A stretch of 64,000 nt of DNA, taken from assembly GCF_009914755.1 (NCBI RefSeq), contig NC_060932.1, one strand, 5' to 3'. The position numbers and the translations under genes are program-made. The notes under the pieces were generated by a model. That model was not told where the DNA came from. It worked only from the letters and a program-made list of their open reading frames with translations, and did no database searches. The DNA comes from the human T2T-CHM13v2.0 reference genome, Homo sapiens. Each line of letters opens with the position of its first letter. The first letter of the stretch is position 1. Positions 28,240 through 39,015 of this stretch are shown here, in pieces.

Positions 28240-29678
28240 AACTCTGTTCTGTGGCCATGGTCACACTCAGCAGTCACAGCAATATTCTTAATGTATAAAG
28301 TGGGGTTTTGGACACTAGGTCAAGACAGAGCATTGACATGTAAAGCAGGACACAAAGCATTGCAATTTTCATCCTGGAACTCAAGAGATTCTTATATCTG
28401 ACAGGACTCTTAATTTGACTAGGGAATAGACATCATCTCTCTAAGAAAGACGTAATATGTAAAAAGATGTAATACGTTCCTAGACAATGACAAAAAAAAA
28501 AAAACAACAGGCAACCTCCTTAGGGACATAAGCATGACTTAAGTTAGCTTATACTCACTGTGTATTAGCAAGGCTGTCACTATTACTCTAATTTACTATC
28601 ACATAAGGCAACACTGCCATTCGCTTAATTTTTAAGTTATGCCTCCATGAATACATATCCTCTTAAAGTTTTCTGTGACCCAATGCTGTGCTACCGTACT
28701 TGGGATAAAACAACTCCATATAATTCCAATCTACTTTTTAAATTTAGGACAAACAACTTTAGTAACAAATAATTTCTCAAGCCATTTTATAGGAATATAT
28801 ATCCCCTCTTAGCCCTCATAGAATTTATAAGTTATAATACTTAGTTGATGTATTTAATATGTAAACTTTCTTTGCTGGTTATTAAAAAAATGTTACTTAT
28901 ATAAAATATTTTACACTAAAATAGATTTAATACCTTTCAGAGGAGAGATTATGTATTAGATATCTTTGATCATCTTCAAGTTATCTTACAAAATATTTCC
29001 AAAATAGAAACATTCAGTAATTCTTTTATATTTATTCTGTTTGGAGAGCAAGAGATATGGAAGTCCTATTTATCAGACAACCACTCAAGTACCACTTAAA
29101 ATCCTTTCAGAATCACTACTTAATCCAGCCAAAGCTATGGCAACCATTGCTTTGCAATTTTAGACCAGCCATTTGGTGATGTTAACTCTCCTGCTGTCAG
29201 TCTTAAGTAGTCACCGGGGAGAGCTTTAGTTGTCTGGATGTCACACAAAACTTAATGCTGATCCACTATATTTGTGACATCATGCTAATTAGATTTAGTG
29301 AGAAAGAGATGGCAAGATTTCTAAATGCTTTAGTAAAATACATACATGTCAGATGATACTAGATAAACACCACAAAGATTCTGAGACCAACTGTGCAGAG
29401 GAGGTCTGATGGAATTTTGTCATTTGAGGCATTCTGAGATAAGGTAAGTGAAGAGATAAGTTGTTGCACTTTGAATTTTCTGCCACTAATAAAAAACAAG
29501 AGTACTTAATTTTGGGGAAATTCTGTGAATTCAGTGAATTTTTAACACACTTACATATATATACTACTTCTACCCATTTATTGGTTATTCAGGATACTGA
29601 TAAAATTTGATTGCAAGTAGGAGTAAAATTTACTCTGCAGTTCAGGCCATTGTTTAAAAGACTTGCCATTTAGGGCAT
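28240..29678 (+). mobile_element. Ancient ERVL internal region, protease/RT remnant
   Basis: 29258-29290 translates LIHYICDIMLI (ERVL LVHYIDDIMLI); downstream ATAAACACCACAAAGATTC and GATAAGTTGTTGCAC match ERVL RT; TTGGACACTAGG near 28310 is protease-like. Left boundary uncertain. Confidence 0.8.
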
Positions 29679-31909
29679 TAATATGGCTTAGAATTGTGTC
29701 CCCACCCAAATCTCAACTAGAATTGTAATAATCCCCACTTGTCTTGAGAGGGACCTGGTGGAGGTAACTGTGTCATGGAGGTGGGTATTTCCCATGCTGC
29801 TCTAGTGATTGGGAATAAGTCTCATGAGATCTGATGGTTTTATAAATGGGAGTTACTCTGAACAAGTTCTTTTGCCTGCTGCCACGTAAGATGTGACTTT
29901 CTCCTCATTTGCCTTCCACCATGATTGTGGGGCCTCCCCAGCCATGTGGAACTGTAAGTCAACTCAACCTCTTTCCTTTATAAATTACCCAGTCTTAGGT
30001 ATGCGTGTATTAGCAGTGTGAGAACAGAGTAATACAGTAAATTGTTACAGGTGGAGTGAGGTGCCATTGTAAAGACACCTGAAAATGTGGAAGCGACTTT
30101 GGAACTGGGTAACAGGCAGAGGTTGGAACAGTTTGGAGGGCTCAGAAGAAGACAGGAAAATGTGGGAAAGTCTGGAACTTCCTAGAGACTTGTTGAATGG
30201 CTTTGAACAAAATGCTGATAGTGATATGGACAATGAAATCCAAGCTGAGGTGGTCTCAGATGGAGATGAGAAACTTATTGGGAACTAGAATAAAGGTGAC
30301 TCTTGCTATATTTTAGCAAAGAGATTGGCAGCATTTTGCCCCTACTCTAGAGATCTGTGGAACTTTGAACTTGAGAGAGATGATTTGGGGTATCTGGTGG
30401 AAGAAATTTCTAAGTGGCAAAGCATTCAAGAGGTGACAGAGCATAAAAGTTTGGAAAACTTACAGCCTGATGATTCAGTAGCAAAGAAATACCCATTTTC
30501 TAGGGAGAAATTCAAGCTGGCTGCATAAATTTGCATAAGTAGCACGAAGCCAAATGTCAATTGCCAGGACAATAGTGAAAATGTCTCCAGGGCACGTCAG
30601 AGGTCTTCACAGAAGCCCCTCCCATCACAGGGGTGGGGCGTCTAGGAGGGAAAACTGGAGTGGTTTCCCAGGGCCTTGCTGCTTTGTGCGTCTCCAGACT
30701 TGGTGCCGTGAGTCCCAGAGTGTCTAAAAGGGGCCAATGTGCAGCTCAGGTTGATACTTCAGAGGGTGCAAGCTCCAAGCCTTGGTGGCTTACATTTGCT
30801 GATCCTGATGGTGCACACAAGTCAAGAATTGAGGTTTGGGAACCTCTGCCTAGATTTCAGAGGTTATATGGAAATGCCTGGATTTACAGGCAGAAGTCTG
30901 CTGCAGGGGCCGAGCCCTCATGGAGAACCTCTGCTAGGGCAGTGTGGAAGGGAACTCTGGGGTCAAAGCCCCCACACAGAGTCCCCACTGGGTCACTTAC
31001 TACTGGAGCCATGAGAAGAGAGCCACTGTCCTCCAGACCCCAGAATGGTAGATTCACTGACAACTTGTACTGTGTGCCTGGAAAAGCCGCAGACACTCAA
31101 CTCCATCCTGTGAAAGCAGCTGTGAGGGTGGCTGTATGCTGCAAAGCCACAGAGACAGAGCTGCACGAGGCCGTGAGAGCCCACCTCTTGCATCAGCATG
31201 ACCTGGATGTGAGACATGGAGTCAAAGGAGATCATTTTGGAGCTTTAAGATTTGACTCCCCTATTGGGCTTCAGACTTGCATAAGGCCTGTAGTCCCTTT
31301 GTTTTGGCCAATTTCTCTCATTTGGAATGGGTGTATTTACCCAATGCCTGTACTCTCATTGTATCTGGGAAGTAACTAACTTGCTTTCGGTTTTACAGGC
31401 TCATAAGTGGAAGGGATTTGCCTTGTCTCAGATGAGACTTTGGACTTGGACTTGTGGATTAATGCTGGATTATGTTAAGACTTTGGGGGACTGTTGGAGG
31501 GCATGATTGTGTCCTGAAACGTGAGGACATGAAATTTGGGAGGGGTCAGGGACAGAATGGTATGGTTTGCCTCTGTGTCCCCACCCAATTTTCACCTTAA
31601 ATTGTAATCATCTCCACATGTCTCCACACAGGCCAGGTGGAAATAATTAAATAATGGTGGCAGCTTCCCCCATACTGTTCTCGTGATAGTAAGTAAGTCT
31701 CATGAGATCTGATGGTTTTATAAATGGGAGTTCCCCTGAACAAGCTGTCTTTCCTGCTGCCATGTAAGATGTGACTTTGCTCCTTATTCACCTTCTGCCA
31801 TGACTGTGAGGCCTCCCCAGCCATGTGGACCTGTGAGTCAATTAAACCTCTTTTCTTTATAAATTACCCAGCCTCGGGTATGCCTTTATTAGCAGTGTGA
31901 GAACAGACT
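29679..31909 (+). mobile_element. THE1B/C-like MaLR element: LTR-internal-LTR
   Basis: 5' LTR 29679-30036, internal 30037-31557 (degraded THE1 ORF: WNWVTGRGWNSLEGSEEDRKMWESLELPRDLLNGF), 3' LTR 31558-31909 missing the terminal AATACA. Confidence 0.95.
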
Positions 31910-33280
31910 TGTTTAGCAAGAAAATTTAGGTTACTATGTGATAAAGGCTGTCCAATAAAAGATGGGTATTTCACCTATTTACTGAATTATTGATTTGATA
32001 ACCATGCAGCTTACCATTGAATGATAGATTTGATTCATCTAGGACCAGTTCCAAGCAAATTCAGAAGACACAAATGAATCGGTTGCATTGATGCCTCTCC
32101 CTCAGCTCACTTTTATTTTTTCTTTCTGAAATGTTCTCCCTAATGAATTGTTGAAAGCTTCAAGTACTGTTATTACATAGTTCAACATAATCTGTTTATG
32201 CTAATTGTATATTGACCAAAACCTTCTTAAAATTACCCTCAGTTTGAGGCAGTTTTAGATAGGCTTCATCTGGACTCTAGTCCCTTAGCATCCTTTTTCT
32301 TAGAGCATTTACTTTAACATCAACGACAACAAAAACCTTGTAATTGCAAATGATTTATCACTTTATTTACAATGTACATCCTTTCCCAGTCTCTTGCCAG
32401 AGTTACAATTCAGGAATGTCTTTGTCAAGGCCCTAGAAGTCATCCCTATGAAACATAGTCATCTTAAAAGGCAGTACCTATTTTCTACAGGAAGGTTAAG
32501 AGCCTCATTTCAATAAGTATCAAAAAGCAAATATATACGGCCTAATCACATTGATCAACATCCCCTAACACCTTCTAGTACTTCTTTTCATTAGCTCACT
32601 CCAGCATTTGAAAACACTACTATCTTTTGTTCCAGTAAAGTTGAGTTGAATTTCTCTCCCCTGCTGTTAAGTCATAAAGTCTTTCTTGCTGGTTTAACTC
32701 TTCTCTTACACATTTTTTCTTTAGTGAGAATGGCTATAGCAGTAAAATGTGACAAAAAGGTGGCAGAAGATAACTCTGGTGACAGGGAAGAGACACAATG
32801 TTGTTCATTTTAAATGAAAGAAAAAGTGATCTAAGCGAGTAGTTACACACTGACACCTGTGACAGATAGGGCAATGGAAAATGTCTTGTCTGTTTGATCA
32901 AGATCCTGGGGGAAATTAATATTGTAATACTGAGACAAAGAGATATGAAAAAGAAGAATGTAGATGAATGGATTAGAGTAAGCACAATATATACAGTTTA
33001 GGTGAATTACATTAATACCCACTAAGAAACCATTCATCACAGAGATGACACTCAAAAACCAAATAGGGTCAATTTGGCCTCTGTGCACCAGTTTGCCTTT
33101 TTCCTTGTTCATTCCCATATCAGTAAAATAGGCCCAGGAAGGGAATATCTATTTTGACAGGGACGGAGGCTGTGTACGAGTCCAAGAACTATGGACTTTC
33201 TCTCACCAGTGCCAATCTGGCTATTATCCCTGATGAATGCCAAAATTGCCAGCAACAAAATCAGACACTGAGCCCTTTGG
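31910..33280 (+). mobile_element. Ancient ERVL internal region, RNase H/integrase remnant (interrupted by an LTR)
   Basis: 33232-33276 translates DECQNCQQQNQTLSP (ERVL integrase zinc finger AECPICQQQRPTLSP), preceded by GLSLTSANLA (GLPLTKADLA). Confidence 0.8.
32207..32725 (+). mobile_element. MER34-family ERV1 solo LTR
   Basis: CAGGAATGTCTTTGTCAAGG...CATCCCTATGAAA and GTTGAGTTGAATTTCTCTCCCCT...ATAAAGTCTTTCTTG; ends approximate. Confidence 0.6.
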
Positions 33281-33419
33281 GCAAATTCTCCTGGGTCACT
33301 GAAAAAGCCAGACTGAACATTTAGTGACATGAGGCCTGAAAAAAACTGAGGCTGAACCAGTAAAATGAGGGATGCAGCCTCTCTAACAGCCTGAACACAG
33401 GATGGTTTCTTGCCCAACC

Positions 33420-34010
33420 TTGAGAGGTAGGAGATTTTGTCTTTCCTTCTCCCAGCTGTTGTGAGTCTTCACGTGTGCACCGAGGGTAGCAGAATTTGTT
33501 GCCCTTCCTGAAGAAGCTTAACTTTTTTTTTTGTTATTCAGAGTAGAAAGAACCAGGCAAGATACTGTGCCTTTCCTACAGCAATATCACTCTCCTTCCC
33601 ACTCCTGCACCAGCAAGAGAAGCTTTTTCTGGACTCTCCCAGCCCTTGACCTTTCTCATGAGAACTCAGTGAGATCTTTGGAGAATAGCCTTCAACTTTG
33701 TACAAATTCCTCTGGGCTTCTATACTCACATACTAGATCACATTTGGCCTTTGGCAATTCAGTAAACATTTTAGCAATTTCTTCTTTCCTGCCTGCTGAA
33801 GACTGACTTCCTCCTGCTGCCAAAGGTTTGCAGTGCTTATTTAAGGTGCTGACTTCTTTAGCTTTCAGGCTGGTTGATTGTCATATGAACTCAGGTCTCT
33901 GCTAGGTTTAGAAAAAGTTATTATTTTATAGATTACCCAGCTGTGTCTAGTTGTCAGGGTGGGAATGATGTACTTTCTGGTTTTCTACATGCTATGCAGG
34001 AGATGGAAGT
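33420..34010 (-). mobile_element. Old L1M (L1MD/L1ME-type) 5' end
   Basis: Reverse complement resembles the L1 5' end seen on + at about 59620 (GAACTCAGGTCTCTG..AGAAAAAGTT..TAGTTGTCAGGGTGGGAATGA). Confidence 0.6.
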
Positions 34011-35620
34011 GTTTGCCTTCAGCATTTCCTGCAGTGCAGTTGTCCAGGCATCATAATCTCTCTGCTTTTGTCCATCTGTTAATGTCTTTATTTCACATTT
34101 CCTTTTAAAGCATACATTAACTATATATTTAAAGAGTTGGTTGACAGTTCTTTCTTTTCTTTTGGCGCATTAAAGATGTTTCTTTACTGTTACTTGAATT
34201 GCTTATTTTCTGATGAGAAGTCTCAGGTCAGACTTTAAGATTGTTCCTTCGTATGCCTTGTATTTTCATATCAATGTTCTAACATTTTTTTCTGTATATC
34301 TTTCTTTTATGAATTTGATTATGATGTGATTTTGTGTTACATTCTTTGGATTTATTTTACTTAGTGTTTGTTGAGCTCCTTGCTTCGGTACATTTTCCTT
34401 CAAACCAAGAAACTTTTAGGGTATTATTTATTCATCTATATTCTTATGTGCCCCTCCCTTAGGGAACTGTGGTAACATTTATATTAGGTGGCTTGATAAG
34501 GTACCACAGATTAGTGACAATCTGTTTATATATACATATTTTTTCCTGTCTCTCTTTGTGATTCAGTTTAGGTAGGTGCTATTGTTGTCACATAGCTTAG
34601 CGATTTTTGCCTTCTGCCACCTCTCATGTGATCTAATCTAATTAAGAAAAATTTCACTTAAGACATTTCATTTTTCATTTCTACCTTTTCCATCTGTTTC
34701 TTATTCTATTCTTGTTATATTCATGCATTGTTAAAAGTATCGGGCACATTTATATTAGCTATAGCTCCTTAAAGTCATTGCTTGTCAGTCCCATCTTCTG
34801 TTATTTGTTAAGTCCTTCTGTCAGTTGTTTTCATTAATTCATATTTTTCTCCTGATTATGAGTAAATTTTTTTCTGTTTCTTTAATTTATAATAATATAT
34901 GATTAGATGCCAGGCGTTCTTGTTAGATTGTTGCAGTTTAGGTTTGTTTTTCTTCCTTTAATGTAACTATCAAGTTACTAGCAAATCAGATCGACAGTTA
35001 AGGAGCTTGTTTATAAATTTTGTTAGGGAAGTCTGCAGTGGCCTTTACTTGGCTTAATTTACCCTTACTGCTAAAGCATGTTTATTCCTAGTTCTCTACT
35101 GATTGCTGCAACTGCTCAACAAGCTCTCTTGATTCTGGCTATATGAACTTAATCTTCTTACACTCTATGTGAACTCTGGGAATCAGTCATTATTGGCAGC
35201 TGTTTGTTTGCTTGTTTGGGGGGAATGGTGGCATTTATGCATGATCAGAATATTTTACATCAAAGAATCTAGAAGATTTATTGTGGTTTAGCTCTTACTC
35301 TATATGTCTCCCTCATGTCAGATATTATGCCTACAATTTCCAGGGACTATTTTACATTTCAAACTCCAGTCTCTATCTCCAAAGCTCTGAGATGGCCATT
35401 GTCTACTTAGGCTTCTCCTTTCTGATGCGTGGATTGAAAAATATCCCCAGGCAAAAAACCAGGGCAATGTTAATATGCACCTCCTGTTTTGGGGGGCTTT
35501 TTTCACTTTCAGGGATCACAGTCATGTCTGCTTGCTGTGTAATAACTGTTTGGTTTTCTAATTTTTTAATGCATATAGTAACTCTAGTTTCAGTTACTCT
35601 ACTACTTTTGTAGTTCAGGT
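34011..35620 (-). mobile_element. Old L1M ORF1 and 5' region remnant
   Basis: TTTCTGATGAGAAGTC, TTTGATTATGATGTG and GTTTGTTGAGCTCC are typical of antisense L1 ORF1. Confidence 0.6.
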
Positions 35621-35689
35621 AACTGAGAAAAAGAATGTGTAAGTATTTCCCCAAGGTCAATTTGTCAGAAGGTTTTACAAAGGCAGAAG

Positions 35690-35940
35690 TGTTTTCTGGT
35701 GTGTTCAGGATCTGGCTCTCAGGAAAAGAGGAGCTGAAAATCTAGGGGAGAAATTTTCTTTAAATTGAGTCAGGTGAAATGGCACACAATACTTCTATTT
35801 AGTTTTCAGTTGTATGAACTTAGACGTATGATCAAAAGTAACAATTTGTTTAAAGAGATGAAAAATATATTTTACATCTAGATAGCCATAGGTCTAGGTT
35901 ATTCTCTGTTACTGTGCAAGAAAGAAGGAAACAAATTTAA
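35690..35940 (-). mobile_element. MLT1J/I-like LTR remnant
   Basis: GAAATGGCACAC..ACTTC..GAACTTAG..GATAGCCAT..TCTGTTACT..GAAAGAAGG; degraded. Confidence 0.4.
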
Positions 35941-36269
35941 TCAATAATTCCACAATTAATTATGGCATATTCTAAAATTTATTCTATGCATATTAAATTT
36001 TACACTAAATAGATGGTATAAATTACTCTTTAATACAAAATATATTGTATATGATTAATTTCAATTAATTTATTGATGGAAATTTCATTTTGAAAAGACA
36101 TTGGACAGTACATTTTTAAAAATTTTCTAACCCTAAAGAGATTTTATACATTATTATATTTTATCTGTATATTTATGGGCTTGGAATTTATAAAGTTGAA
36201 AGTCAGGTCAAGAAACTTGCTTAGATAAATTAAAAAATCATATGGCACCCATTAGTTTATGTAATCACC

Positions 36270-37260
36270 CATTATCAGTTTAAATTCTATAGTATCTCTA
36301 GTGCTGTCTGATGTTTATTTTTTATGCTGGTAATTTTTGCCTCTCTCTTTTTTTTCCTTAATAAGTGAAATTAGAATTTTATCAATTTTGTTAGTCTTTC
36401 CAAAGAACTAGCTTTTCATTTTATAGGTTTTCTCTATTATTCATTTTTCCCATTAATTTATTTCCACTCTTTTTTTTCAATATATTTTTGTTTTTCCTTT
36501 ATCCACTTTGGATTTATTTTGGCTTTTTTTTTTTTCAGGCTTTCTAAGATGTATGCCTATTTCATTGATGTTTATATGTTTCTTCTTTTCCACCAGAAAG
36601 ATTTAAAGCTATACCTATTCTTCTAATGGCTGGTTAATTTCACAGCATAAAAGTTTGAGTTTTGTTTTCATTTACACTGTTAGACTATTTCCTAATTTCC
36701 TCTGTGATTTTTTTCTTTGGTCCATAGTTGACAGCACTGTTCATATCTTCTTTATATTATTTTTCCTCTCTATTTATTTTATAAATTACTGAGTTGGGGT
36801 GAAAAATTCTGTGGACTTTTAACTTTGTACTCTAGGTGCATTAAATTTTGTTTTGTGTATTTTGAAATTCTCTTTTTAAGTACACTCTTATTTAAGATTA
36901 TTGTATCTCCTTGATTAATCAATTATTTTGTTACACATGTCCTCTTAATCTGTGGTAATACTCATAGTTTTGTAGTCTATTTTTCTGACTTTGGCATAGC
37001 CACACCAATTTTCATAGTGTTTGCATTTTTTTCTGTTTTTACTTTCCAAGTGTACTTAATAAAAAAAAAAATACATGTATAGTTGGGTGTTGCTTTTATC
37101 TGAAAGTCTCTGATTTTTCATAAAAATGCTTATATTTATTTTTATTCTTACAAAGTATTAATTAAATATTTATAAATCATAGTCTTAAGGCTTTTTAATT
37201 GAAAACTTTACTTCCATCTTATTTAATGTAACTATATGGATGGATTGAATTAACTGCTTT
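36270..37260 (-). mobile_element. L1ME/L1M5 ORF2 remnant
   Basis: TTTATCAATTTTGTTAGTCTTTCCAAAGAACTAGCTTTT and ATTTAAAGCTATA are antisense ORF2 motifs. Confidence 0.7.
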
Positions 37261-37731
37261 GCTGTTTATTCTTTCTTCTTTTTTCATCTGGCTCATTTTT
37301 TAATTCTTCTTCAATTCCTTTTGAACAGTAAGGCTTAAAATTCATACTGGCTGGCTGCTCATCTCCAGGCTTCCCACAGGGCTGCTTTGGCTCAGTGAAG
37401 AGAGGGTCTCATGCATTCCTTTCTACCTGCTGAACAGTCTGTTTCCTTTCACAGCTCCTCTTCAATTTCAGAGTTTCAGACATCTTCTCTCCCTTTACGG
37501 TACAAATAAAATAAAATAAAAGCCTTAATATCCTAAAAAGTATAGATGCTTACCCTCGTCCTGTATTTCTTCTCTACCTTCAAGCATAATTCCAATTACC
37601 TTTCTAGAAATTATACCTGCTTTGTCTACTAGAGGCAGTCAGCTGAATCATCGAGTTCTTGCAGAAGCCTTGAGCTTTAGCACCTAAGGGCCCTGAGACA
37701 GTTGTATTCAACAACCTTGTTGCATGAAAGA

Positions 37732-38190
37732 AGGGGAGTTCTGAGGGACATGGACATTGCAGACTTTTTCACCAACCAGGAAAACTTTTCAGGCATCACC
37801 CAAGAGGTCCAGCTGAAGATGTAACAGGTGGTTCATAAGTCCATGCTGCAACTTGATGAGAAGAGTGTGAGGCAGCTGCCACCACTGGGGATGTCCTAAA
37901 GTTGATGTTCAAGCCTCTTATTATCATTTTCAGCTGGCCCTTCATTGTGATGACCTTTGACCATTTCAGATACAGCAGCCTTTTCCTGGGCAAGGTCATT
38001 AATCTAACCTAAGGGTATGCCCACCCAGGAGCCAAGGCACCATGTGACTTTGGGCATCAGAAACAACACAAAAATGTCTTGGGGAATGGGAGATTTCTCC
38101 AATGTTTTACAGTTTTTCCTGAAATCCAATGAGAAGTGTCTCTAGCTTTAAGCATCTTGTAATAAATAAATGCTATTAGTGGGGGGAAAA
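37732..38190 (+). pseudogene. SERPINA15P: 5'-truncated processed pseudogene of SERPINA6 (corticosteroid-binding globulin)
   Basis: Translates [44 protein letters not shown](frameshift)EAAATTGDVLKLMFKPLIIIFSWPFIVMTFDHFRYSSLFLGKVINLT* versus recalled human CBG GDVLEEMGIADLFTNQANFSRITQDAQLKSSKVVHKAVLQLNEEGVDTAGSTGVTLNLTSKPIILRFNQPFIIMIFDHFTWSSLFLARVMNPV*. No intron before VVHK (37827/37828); premature TAA 37822-37824; 1-nt deletion near 37868; terminal stop 38010-38012; CBG-like 3'UTR with AATAAA at 38161. The symbol is tentative: I recall SERPINA15P as the SERPINA6-derived human pseudogene but cannot verify the locus. Confidence 0.93.
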
Positions 38191-38384
38191 TAATACAAGG
38201 TGAAGTTTTTATTCTTTATCTTGTTATTGTGGAAGACATGAAGGACTTCCTCCTTCCTCTACATTCTAACTAGAAATGGGAACACATTTTATGTTCAAGT
38301 CTGCAAAATCTATTTGGCTTAGATTTTATTCCTTCTCTATGGATCTGATAACATCCTTTTTACATTAAAAAATAGTCTCATCTT

Positions 38385-38386
<2 letters not shown>

Positions 38387-38438
<52 letters not shown>

Positions 38439-38447
38439 GGAGAGAGA
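38387..38447 (+). repeat. (TG)n(GA)n microsatellite at the L1 tail
   Basis: Read directly. Confidence 0.95.
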
Positions 38448-38821
38448 GTTTCTTTTTATTTATTTTTTAAATAGCTTTGGAGTACCAATGGGGTTTTTGG
38501 TTACATGGATGAATTGTACACTGGTGAGGTCTAGGATTTTAGTGCGCCTGTCACCTGAGTAGTACACATTGCATCCAATAGGCAGTTATTTGTCCCTCAT
38601 CCCCCTCCTACCCTGCCCCCTTCTGAGTCTCCAAACTCTGTTATACCACTCTGTATTCCTTTATGTACCTGTAGCTTAGCTCCTACTTGTAAATAAGAAA
38701 ATAGAGTATTTGGTTTTCAATTGCTGAGTTGCTTCTCTTACAATAATGGCCTCTAGTTCCATCTAAGCTGCTGCAAAAGACATTATTTTGTTCTTTTTAT
38801 GGCTGAGTAGTATTTCAAGGC

Positions 38822-38872
<51 letters not shown>

Positions 38873-39015
38873 CTAAGGATTATTATCTCAAGAGCCTACA
38901 ACCTTAGGGGAGTTCTGGGGGACATGGACATATACAAAAATATATATGTAAATATATATTTTATATATTTATAGATTTATATTATAAATAAATATATATA
39001 ATGTGTTTTTATATG
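38822..39015 (+). repeat. (TA)n and AT-rich tract within L1PB, split by a 62-bp insert
   Basis: About (TA)20 on the left of the insert, degenerate AT-rich sequence on the right. Confidence 0.9.
38870..38931 (+). pseudogene. Short SERPINA6-derived fragment embedded in the (TA)n tract
   Basis: Translates PK(+1 nt)IIISRAYNLRGVLGDMD versus CBG PKVTISGVYDLGDVLEEMG; 38906-38931 is 25/26 identical to 37732-37757. Confidence 0.85.

Noticed and set aside
29760-29780. DUX4 site in MaLR LTRs
   Set aside because: The TAATTGAATCA position is altered in each copy checked (TAACTGTGTCA here, TAATTAAATAA near 31644, TAATTTGAATCA near 22790).
30633-31379. Longest ORF in the track (248 aa)
   Set aside because: Lies within the THE1 internal region, starts at a non-ATG codon, and is a broken part of the THE1 ORF also seen antisense at 21134-21403.
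37330-37680. Possible twin-primed inverted 5' half of the SERPINA6 retrocopy
   Set aside because: I could not match either strand to recalled upstream CBG coding sequence; an alignment would be needed.
37796-37999. 67-aa minus-strand ORF
   Set aside because: Antisense shadow of the SERPINA6 pseudogene.
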